Source of the DNA: Takakia lepidozioides
Taxonomy: Eukaryota > Plantae > Bryophyta
Direction of reading: 5' to 3'
Assembly: GCA_030704615.1 (NCBI GenBank)
Contig: CM060733.1
Span: 35,774,001-35,838,000, forward strand
Length of the DNA: 64,000 nt
Positions within the stretch are counted from its first letter, which is position 1, and the number at the start of each line of letters is the position of its first letter. The position numbers and the translations under genes were made by a program. This document shows positions 26,901 to 37,503 of the stretch, piece by piece. The notes under the pieces were generated by a model. It searched no databases. It saw nothing but the letters and a program-made list of their open reading frames with translations, and was not told where the DNA came from.

Positions 26901-29434
26901 CCCATTGATGCGCAGGGTGACACTGCAAGGGGAGGATGCCCTGAAACCGAGGGTTACACTGCACCTGAGGGTGACACTGTGCAGAGAGGAGCAACAGGGA
27001 AGGAGGGGGTTACACTGCACCTCAGGGTGACACTGTGCAGAGAGGAGCAACAGGGAAGGAGGGTTACACTGCACCTCGGGGTGACACTGCGGATACCGGT
27101 GTGGCTGACAATGCCGTGAGGGACATTGTCGTGGGTGACACACCATTGCCCGTGAACACTGCAACTTCCGTTGAGAGTGACATTGACATGGGTTACACTG
27201 ATAGGGGTGACACCCTACAGCCAACCCACATGGTAGATGTCAGTGAGTGTAACACTGTCATGGATGACATTCCACTACCACTAGTCGTGGAAGGTGACAC
27301 TCCTTTGCCACGGCCACTAGTCGCGACGGATGACGGTCTTCCGCTAGACAACATGGTCTTGGAGGGTGCAGAGAAGGGCGACACAATCAAGGATGGCATT
27401 GAGGAGGTTGATGCAAAGAAGAGTGACATCGACATGGGTGACACGGGGAAGGGTGTCACCGAGGAGGTTGTCAGTTGGAAGGGTGACACAAAGCAGGGTC
27501 ACACTGAGAAGCGTTTCACTGTGGAGAGTCACGAAGAGAAGGATGTTGCGGAGCATCTAGACACTGAGAAGAGTGACACTGCCAAGGGTGACACACATAA
27601 GATTGTTATTCAGCAGAGTGACACTAGGAAGGAACCCGATGAGAAGGGTGACACTGCGAAGAGTGACACTGATAATGCGGCCAAAGAGAAGGGTGACACT
27701 GAGACCAGTGACACTGAGAAGGTAGCCGGAGAGAAGGGTGACACTGAGATGCGTGACTCTGAGGAGGTAGCCGAAGAGAAGGGTGACACTAAGAAGAGTG
27801 ACACTAAGGAGGTAGCCGAAGAGAAGGGTGACATTGAGAAGGAAGCCGAAGAGAACGGTGACACTGAGAATTGTGACACTGAGGAGGTAGCCGAAGAGAA
27901 GGGTGACACTAAGAAGCGTGACAAGGGGTTTGAACAGAAGGGTGACACTGACAGGGGTAGCACCGAGGAGGTGAGCTGTGACACTTCTGCCCTTGGTCAA
28001 TCACCTCCCTAGCACGTCTCAGACGAGGGAGTGCAGTCTTCAACACTTGTAGCAAACTCAGAACAAGGCACCTCTGGCTCAGAAATTCCCCCTACCGGTG
28101 GCATTGTCAGGGTTGCAGAGAATCCCAGGAGGTCAAAACGGCCGCTTGCTCAAAGAAAGCGGTTGGCTGAACCCCCTAGCGCTGACAAAGAAGTATCTGT
28201 TCTTGTCGCACCCAAAAAACAGCGAACCAAACCGAAAGGCAAAAGTGCAGGGGTCTCGGAGGTTGACGTTGTCCAGCAGCAAGAGGTCCTTGCCAAGCAC
28301 TTGCGGGAGCGTTCGAGGTACCTCATTGTACTTTGATCCTCTCTGATTTTGAATATTGATTATAACTCTTGTATGATGCATCGTAATGTTCGTAATGTGC
28401 GGTTTGTTGTGCAGACTAAAACAACGGTACTTGACAAAGTTCAGAATGGTGTCGGACCCTCCTGGGGCGCCCGAAGTGAAGTTTTATTATGGCGATGCCT
28501 TCCTGGCTTCTAGTCCGTTACAGTTTTACTTGGAAGAGACAGTTTTTGAGCCGATGTATAAAATAAGAGCAACTGTCACAGATGCATTGCTCTCGGGTTA
28601 CAACAAACTTCTGGAGGCCAAATTGTTTAAGGCTATCGCACCTAAGTTTGTCATCTGTGCTCCTTTCCAATGGCATGTCATGCGTACCAATGGTAACGAT
28701 CTGCAGACGCTATTCGGGTTGGTGCAAGAATGGTACACTCAGGATGCCCGAGGGATGGTGTTCACAAAGAATCGAGATCTTGTGGACGTGGTTGTCATCC
28801 CTATTGTCTTCGAGTTAGTAATTTCAGCGTCGACTGAGCATGTTGGGTTACACTCCTCTATTCTAGACTGAGTTGCACTAGTGACTGCTGACTAGTTGTG
28901 TAACACCGTTTAGAGTTACAGTACAAAGGGTTACACTACTGGGATACACCACAATGGGTTTCATTGGAGATGTTTTTTTCTATTCTGACGTAACGGCTTT
29001 GTTTGTGTTGCAGTGATCACTGGAGTGTTGCTATTTTAGAGCGCCGAGGTCGGATAGTACATTTGGACTCCCATAAAACCATTGCCCGACCCAAACTCAT
29101 TGAAGGAATTTTGCGAAATTTTGCCATAGCGTTCTTTGATTTCATGCCTGGATCTGATGACTTCAGTTACGTCATGGAGAGGATGGAATGGTTTGAGGCC
29201 AGTGTCCCCCAGCAATGGAGCTGTTGGGAGTGCGGCTATTATGCACTTTGTTTTGTGCAATTTTACTTAGAGTGGAAGTTCAATGTGAAAACCACAGAAG
29301 ATCGAACCCGTCATAGGCGGGCGTTTACTGCAAGTTGGTTCAACGAGTCAACCATGATAGCTTCCCGTACTCATATGATTAGTTGGCTGTGTGACGAGAT
29401 GGACAAAGACTTGGTCAGATGGCCAAAGAAATAA
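23927..29434 (+). pseudogene. Multi-exon transposon gene: N-terminal Zn-finger-like motif, acidic KGDT-repeat linker, C-terminal Ulp1/C48 SUMO-protease domain (disrupted)
   Basis: CPYC...LNRH motif. Predicted exons ~23927-24663, 24979-25869, 26363-28317, 28415-28813 and 29014-29434, with GT-AG sites. The last splice yields VVIPIVFDDHWS...HLDS...VPQQWSCWECGYY (H-D-C triad plus oxyanion Q). Frameshifts near 25220, 26460 and 27030; stop at 28010. Confidence 0.75.
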
Positions 29435-30783
29435 ATAGCGTCTCTTGATGCATTTTTGCTTCTATGTGGTTTGTTCGTAACACTTCACAGTTTGGGTTTC
29501 ATGCAATGGGCTTACATGGGGTTACACCTTATAAGGTTACATGAAGTGGAATCATAGACAAGTACTTGGGTACACCTTTGGGCCCTGGGGCAATGGGCTT
29601 ACACTCTGTGGGTTCACACATAAGTGATGGGTTACACCATGTCGGGTCTCACAACGTGGGGTTACACTTATGGGTTACATACAATGGGCCTAGGGTTACA
29701 TGGTTGGGCCTTCCTGGCTATGTCAGGGTCACGTTGCTGAAACAGTATACTTTCGTGGCATGTAACCCCACCTCGACTATGCGCATTTGTTTTATTTTTT
29801 ATTTTTTTCGCACTGAAGTGTTTGTGCACTGAAGTTCTCAGATTTATACTACATGGGGTTACATACATGAGGGCTATGTACAATGGGTTACATACGATGG
29901 GGTCACAATAGTGTGGGGGTAACATCTGGTCGGGCTTCATACTTCTTGGAGTTACAACACTCTGGGTTACACTCACTCAAGAGGGTTACACAGTTCTAAG
30001 TTACACTGTGCACAATGAAAGTGGGCAGGGTTGCCTATACAAGGGCTACGTGTCGTGGGGATACATAAGATGGGGTGATGTAGCATTGGGGTTTATAGCG
30101 TGCACCCTAAATTGTACAATGGGTTACATGCGATGGGGTGACATCAATGGGGGTTACATGTGGTCGGGATACATACTTCTTGGGGTTACACAACAACAAG
30201 TTACACTCCGGAGGGCTACACTGGTCCATAACATAGGTTGAACGGAATGATTATCTATCTCATGGATTACACGTCCATGGGTTACACACAAATTGGGTTA
30301 CACATAGAGGGGTTACACATACAAGGGCTAGTGTTGGTGACTAAAGGTGCTCGACTTCAGCATCTTCCCACTCTGTATTGAAGGGTCATGTAACCCCGGC
30401 AGACTAACCCAGACCCTGTAGTCACATTGTAGTCATCGACTTATAATTCTCAGAGTTACACCACTGACAACAATATTCTATGGGGTTACATACTGGGTTA
30501 CACTGTTGATAGTTACATTGCAGTTACACCACAATGAGTTACACTGAAGAGGTTCACACTCATCTGTGTTACACTGTGTGGAGTACCACAGATGTGAGTT
30601 ACACTAAGTAGAGCTATGTTACGTTATGAAACCCCAGACAGTGTAACCCTGCGGTGTGTCACCCCGGCCCATGGGTGTCCCATTGAGTGGGTTACATAGG
30701 TTGAATGTGGATGGAATGGCAAAGTGAATAACAACCCATGAACAGACATGTACTTCATATTAAACTTGGTGATCACAAAATAA

Positions 30784-31140
30784 GTGTCATTGCCAATGGA
30801 CTCAATGGTCACGACTCAGGAGGAAGTTAACTCATTGGATGTAGCCGGGTTTTGCCTGGTCCCGAGGGATGATATCCCACGATTTCAAATGGAGGAGGAC
30901 GTTCGTGCCCACCAGCCCGCAACTCATCAGAATCGGGACTATTACCCCAAATGCAGATGGGGCAAGCAATATAACCGCAAAAAACAGACAGCTCTTAATA
31001 GGACGAAGGTCGGATTGGCGATGTCGCTGCGAGGTATCGTTCAGAGCTTCCGTGATGTTCCTCGACCGGGGATGGGAAGAGTTTACACCATCAGTACTTC
31101 CAGCTCAGCGACCAACGGGCAGGCCCTCACCACTATGTAA
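30784..31140 (+). CDS. Truncated ORF of unknown function, cut off by the middle repeat array
   Basis: 118-aa complex-sequence ORF, free of the motif, between motif-rich DNA. Ends abruptly in array sequence at ~31125. Confidence 0.4.
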   Translation: MSLPMDSMVTTQEEVNSLDVAGFCLVPRDDIPRFQMEEDVRAHQPATHQNRDYYPKCRWGKQYNRKKQTALNRTKVGLAMSLRGIVQSFRDVPRPGMGRVYTISTSSSATNGQALTTM

Positions 31141-32840
31141 CCCTCTGTAACCCATGTAACCCTCTGTGACCCTCTATATCCCTCACCAGGTGTAACCCTT
31201 ACCACCATGTAACCCTCTGTAACACCGGAGAGTGTCACCCTCGCCACCATGTAACCCTCCGTAACCCTCACAAATTCTTTGTGACACCGCAGAGTATCAC
31301 CCTCATCCCCATGTAACCCTCACAAACCCTCTGTGGCTCTGTAACCCATGTAACCCTCTGTAACACCGCAGAGTGTCACCCTCACCCCTTATGTAACCCT
31401 CACTCCATGTAACCCTATGTAACCCATGTAACCCATGTAACCTTCTGTGACCCTTTGTAACCCTTACCACCATGTAACCCTCTGTAACACCGCAGAATGT
31501 CACCCTCACCCCTATGTAACCCTCACTCTATGTAACCCTCTCTGACCCTCTGTAACCCTCTGTAACCCATGTAACCCTCTGTGACCCCCCATATCCCTCA
31601 CCTGGTGTAACCCTTACCACCATGTAACACCGCATAGTGTCACCCTCGCCACCATGTAACCCTCCGTAACCCACACAAACCCTCTGTGACACCGCAGAGT
31701 GTCCCCCTCATCCCCATGTAACCCTCACTCCATGTAACCCTCTGTGACCCTCCGTGGCTCTGTAACCCATGTAATCCTCTGTAACACCGTAGAGTGTCAC
31801 CCTCACCCCTTATGTAACCCTCACTCCATGTAACCCTCTGTAACCCATGTAACCCTATGTGACCCTTTGTAACCCTCACCACCATGTAACCCTCTGTAAC
31901 ACCGCAGAATGTCACCCTCACCCCTATGTAATCCTCACTCCATGTAACCCTCTGTAACCCATGTAACCCTCTGTGACCCTCTATATCCCTCACTAGGTGT
32001 AACCCTTACCACCATGTAACCCTCTGTAACACCGTAGAGTGTCACCCCCATCCCTATGCATCCCTCACTCCTTGTAACCCATGTAATCCTCTGTGATCCT
32101 GCGTAACCCGTGTAACCCTCTGTGACCCTGTGTAACCCATGTAACCCCATGTAACCCTCACTCCATGTAACCCTCTCTGACCCTCTATAACCCATGTAGC
32201 CCTCTGTGTCCCTCTATAACCCTCATCAGGTGTAACCTTCACCACCATGTAACCCTTAGTAACCCTCTGTAACACCGTAGAGTGTCACCCTCACCCCTGT
32301 GTAACCTCACTCCATGTAACCCTCTGTGACCCTCTGTGACTCTCTGTAACCCTCAGCAGGTGTAACCCTCACTAGGTGTAACCCTCACCACCATGTAACC
32401 CTCCGTAACTCGTTTATCCCTCTGTACCACCGCTAAGTGTCACCCTCACTCCATGTAACCCTCCCATGTAACCCTATGTCACCCTCTGTAACCCATGTAA
32501 CCCCATGACCCTCTGTAACCCTTTGTAACCCATGTAACCCTGTTACTCCGCGGGGTGTAACCCTCACTCCATGTTATCCTGCATCGTGTAACCCCAATGT
32601 GCAACTCTCACATTGTAACCCCACCATGTAACCCCGATACTGTATCAATCCCCTACGTGTAACCCCCGATTGTGTCACTCATAGCTCGTGTCACCCCGGA
32701 TCCTTTATCCCCAACGCATGTCACCCCTGTTCGTGTAGCCCCTTGGTGCCCGGCAAAAATTGGCGGGCTCCAAGAGGTGTCAGATATTTTGAATTCAAAC
32801 CTGGTTACACGATTCGGTGACATCAAAACCCACGTGTAAC
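31125..32840 (+). repeat. Middle TGTAACCC-motif array (same orientation as left array)
   Basis: Same subunits as 20960-22630 (ctatatccctcaccaggtgtaacccttacc, aacaccgcagagtgtcaccc), decaying towards the transposase start. Confidence 0.95.
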
Positions 32841-33076
32841 TCCATCATCGCTCGTCATTTTCACCAGGTGCGTAAACGACGTGCAGTCCCGAGGGCTCCG
32901 CTGCGTTGCCCGCGTGTGTTATGCGATTTGTACTGTACTGGTGGTACTGTTGCTGCTAATGGCATGTGCTGCCGCGAAGGTGCTAGACGAGGAACGCAAA
33001 GCAGCATTGGAATCAAATGGTTTGAAAGATGAGGCGGGAGAACTCTGTCATTTGCAGCATTTGGTATCTCATTTGA

Positions 33077-36000
33077 AATGCATCCTACAGCTGCCCATAG
33101 ACGGGCTTTTCAATCACACAAACCTTCGTTGGATACGCCAGGTTTCCAGGGAAAAGGGAAACGGATATCCATCGAAGTAGCTGTCGTTCCATGGTCTCGC
33201 ATTCCTGATTTTCTGGAGGGAGAAAGGAGTAGAGTGGATGGGAAGACCCAATTTTATGTTCAAGATCGAAGGTACCGTGAGTTGCCAGATTTGACAACAC
33301 CGCGTGCAAACAGTTATCGTCAGTGGCATAAGTAAGTCACTTATGAGGGTTGTATAACATTCCCAGCCCCACTTCTTTCTGCTAGCCTAACAAAGTCGTA
33401 TATGGCGATAACCCTCCTCGCTTTATATGCTTTTTTTGCAGGTACCACTGCTGCTACGGCCCGATAGATAGGCGCACAGACCCGCCGATTGTGAAGAAGA
33501 AAGAAAAACTGATAGCAGCCTCCGATAATCAAAAACCAGTCAAGCGAATCAGACGTAAGGCAGCGGATTTCGGAGAGTCATACAAACGTGGGTGTACGTG
33601 TAGCTTCAAAGTTGGCCAGTGTTTTCTAGATTCAGAGTTGGCAATCATCACATACTTCCAGAAACAGCATGTGGATGCAAAAGGAAAGCCATGTCATGGT
33701 TCAGCTGACCCCTCTTCCCATTTCTCGCGATTCGTGCATGCCCCTCGTCTCAGCCAATATATGAAACAGTGGATCGTCGATAGTCTTTGCAGTGGCCTAT
33801 CTCCAGCTATGATTATGACACAACACACTCAACAGCTCCAGGAAGCTTGTGCGTCTCAGCCAGGCATGGAGTGGAGTCGCGATTGTTTCTTGTTTGAGTA
33901 CGACGTGAGAAACATTGCCGACAAGCTTACGATTGAGAGTTACAAAAAAATCCAGATGATGCACAAAGTGTACGTATGTGGGTCGATAGCAATCCTGAAA
34001 GCGTCTTCTTCTACCATGAAGAGACAGCGCCAGTGGCGGGTGATTTGAAGTTCGTAATTGGAATACAAACGGAGTGGCAAAAACAGAAAATGATCGACCT
34101 GGGACACAACCGTGTGGTATCCTACGATGCAACATTTGGGACCAACGAAAATAAGGTATTCGTGTCACGCTTTACCTTTCATCGCATTCTGAAATGTGAG
34201 TGCCATGCAACTGTTGCCAATATTATAACACTCACCTTATTCATTTTTGTACCATTGCGACATTGCAGTTCCCAATGTATACCATGATGGTGTTCGACGA
34301 ATGGCTCAACGGCATACCTGTTGCTTATATTATATCAGCGAGAAACAAAACCACTGTCCTGAGCCCCTGGATGAAACGTCTTCACGACCGACTTCTTCAG
34401 AGCAAACCAGATTGGAGGCCAAATGCTTTTGTTGTCGACGATGCAGACGCAGAAATCAATGCTATCAGGTACACGGCTAGAAGTTACAATGTTCTGAGTC
34501 ACACAGTAATTCACACTACAAGTTGCATGCACGAGGGGTTTCATGGATCGGGCTACACTGCTGCTAGTTACACTGAGAATCACAGTAAGAGTTAAACTGC
34601 CAGTTACACGAGGGGGTGCATTGCTGCCTGTAACACTTGGAGTTACACTGTCAGTTGCTTGAGGGGTTACATGGATTGGGTTGCAGTGTTGTCTGTTACA
34701 CTGAGGGTTACACTATCAGTTAGACAGATGGTTATACTGCCTTGAGTTGGACGGAGGGTTACACTGCTGTGAGTTAGACCGAGGGTTACACTGCTATGAG
34801 GTAGACATGTGAGTTACACTGGGAGCATCGCAGAGGGTTGTATGGGTTGGGTCGCTCTGAGAGTTATACGGTGTAACATGGATTGCGTTACAGCGCTGCG
34901 AGGGGTTATATGTGTTGGGTTACACTGCTGTGAGTTTCACTGATAGTTACATGACCAGATGCACGAGGGGTTACATGAGTCACACTACTAAGAGTGATAC
35001 TTTGAAGAGTTACACTGCGAAGAGTTCCTCTGATAAGAGTTACACTGACAAGAGTTACACTGATGGATTGGGTGGCATTTGATGTGTGTGCGTGCAGGGA
35101 ATCGTTTGGGGACGTAGCGATATTTCTATGCCTTTGGCATGTTCGCCGCGCTTGGCTGAAACATTCGTGGCGTAAGATGCCCGATCCATACACTCGCAAT
35201 GCTGTTTTGAAACAGTTTGGCGACGTAATGTACGGCATTAACGCCTGTGTGGGAGTCACCCCAGAAGAGTGGGCGCTGGAGCGACTGGAAGATTTGAATT
35301 ATTCATATCCGCTTGCGCGTGACTTCCTACGTTACATCAGAATGGAATGGGTCCCAAAACTGAGCATGTGGATCACGGGGGCTCGTTATATTCCCCACGC
35401 AAGTCAGGATACTAATGCCGCATTTGAATCTTGGCACGGAAATTCGAAGGCTCGTTTACGCTCGGGAAAGCAAAGGCTTGATGGCAGAAGAATCGATTGG
35501 CTGATCAGCGAACTCGTGGGTCCTTTTAACCCACTATTGGTATAGAGATAACTTGAAATCGAAAGGCTTCAAAAGGAATTTACGACAGGAGGAATTTATC
35601 AGTAATGTTGTTTGGACTGCAAGGGAGATCCCTGATGTCAATGTTCATTGGCCCACTGTTCCTGGTCATCCGACGATTGTGGATAGTGTTCAAACGGCCG
35701 GTCGAAGCTACACAATCTATGCACCTGCGACCACCTGAGCTTGTTGCGATTGTCCATGGGCTTTGAAGGGTAACTTGTGCAAACATCAAATCCGCGTTCT
35801 TCAATTGATGAAGCCAAATCTGAAGGAAGGGCTTATTGTGAAGCTCTGTGGCACAAAGCTCGGGACCATTCATGGAGGTCTTCACATGTTGATGAAATCG
35901 GAACTTCCAGATATTGATGCAGAGGAGGAAGTTGTGAATCTAGCAGAGCCTACGGAGTGCTCAGCATCATCCCAGCGTGGTCGGCAGGAGCCATCGGATG

Positions 36001-36251
36001 TTTCATCAATTGAATCTGAGATGAAGTCCCTGTCGCTTCTTGGCAATGAGAGTGAAACAATGCGCAAACATTTGCTTGCCGAGCTTCGTTGTGTTCGTGG
36101 GAGGCTGTCCACTTTACAAGTTAGAATCGACAAAGGTCTGTTGCACCCTCTTCAAGCAGTTCCATTCATAAAAAATGATGATGGAAACAACATGTCCCTT
36201 GCCAGGAAAGTAGAGGGTCATAGAGGGTTACATGGAATAAGGGTTACATAG
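33077..36251 (+). pseudogene. Mutator-superfamily DDE transposase with a WRKY/GCM-like N-terminal Zn domain and a C-terminal SWIM finger (4 exons, a few lesions)
   Basis: YHCCYGP...KRGCTCSF...HVDAKGKPCHG; SYDATFGTN (D1); FVVDDA (D2); CLWH (CxxH); NAAFESWH (E); SWIM CDCPWALKGNLCKH. Introns ~33332-33441, 34156-34268 and 34469-35097. Frameshifts near 33170, 33945 and 35525; stop at 35736. Confidence 0.88.
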
Positions 36252-37310
36252 GGGTGAGGGTGACACTCTGCGGTGTTACAGAGGGTTACATGGTGGTGAG
36301 GGTTACATGGGTTACAGAGCCACAGAGGTTTGTGAGGGTTATATGGAGTGAGGGTGACATGGGATGAGGGTGACACTCTGCGGTGTCATAGAGGGTTTGT
36401 GAGGGTTACAGAGGGTTACATGGTGGCGAGGGTGACACTCTGCGGTGTTACAGAGGGTAACATGGTGGTAAGGGTTACACCTGGTGAGGGATATAGAGGG
36501 TCACAGAGGGTTACATGGGTTACAGAGGGTTACATGGTGGTGAGGGTTACAAAGGGTCACAGAGGGTTACATGGAGTGAGGGTTACATAAGGGGTGAGGG
36601 CGACACTCTGCGGTGTTACAGAGGGTTACATGGGTTACAGAGCCACGGAGGGTCACAGAGGATTACATGGAGTGAGGGTTACATGGGATGAGGGTGACAC
36701 TCTGCGGTGTCACAGAGGGTTTGTGAGGGTTACGGAGGGTTACATGGTGGCGAGGGTGACACTCTGCGGTGTTACAGAGGGTTACATGGTGGTAAGGGTT
36801 ACACCTGGTGAGGGATATAGAGGGTCACAGAGGGTTACATGGGTTACAGAGGGTTACATGGTGGTGAGGGTTACAGAGGGTCAGAGAGGGTTACATACGG
36901 GTGAGGGTGACACTCTGCGGTGTTACAGAGGGTTACATGGTGGTGAGGGTTACAAAGGGTCACAGAGGGTTACATGGGTTACAGAGGGTCACAGAGGATT
37001 ACATGGGTTACAAAGGGTTACAGAGGGTTACATGGAGTGAGGGTTACACTCTGCGGTGTTACATAGGGTTACATGGGTTGCAAAGTGTTACAGAGGGTTA
37101 CATGTAGTGAGGGTTACATAGGGGTGGGGGTGACACTCTGCAGTGTTATAGAGGGTTACATGGGTTACAGAGGGTTACATGGTGCTGAGGGTTACAGAGG
37201 GTCATCGGGTTATATGGGTTACAGAGGGTTACATGGTGGTGTGGGTTACACTCGGCGGAGTTACAGAGGGTTACATGGGGGTGATGGTTGAACCCGGGGC
37301 GGGGTTACAG
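36210..37310 (-). repeat. Right array (GGGTTACA on +), inverted relative to the left and middle arrays
   Basis: gagggttacatgg and gagggtgacactctgcggtgttaca units are reverse complements of the left-array units. Confidence 0.95.
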
Positions 37311-37503
37311 GGAACTGACGGACTGGTGTCGCAGAACGACGACGCGCCTGGGGCGACGACGCCGATGGGATGAGGACGGGGGTGGGGAGGGATTGACCGA
37401 GCCCAGCCGGCTGCCTTTCGATGTTTGCCGGAGGCGAAGAACCGGCGGTAGGGGTGTCAGGGCTGGACCGTCCTGACGCGCTTGCATTATTCCTATTATC
37501 TTC
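37270..37503 (-). repeat. Right arm, unique part of the long internal inverted repeat
   Basis: Reverse complement of 20741-20990, with small indels. Confidence 0.95.

Noticed and set aside
20741-37503. 9-bp Mutator TSD around the inner inverted repeats
   Set aside because: The flanks (aaaacgtaaat vs tttttaatag) do not match.
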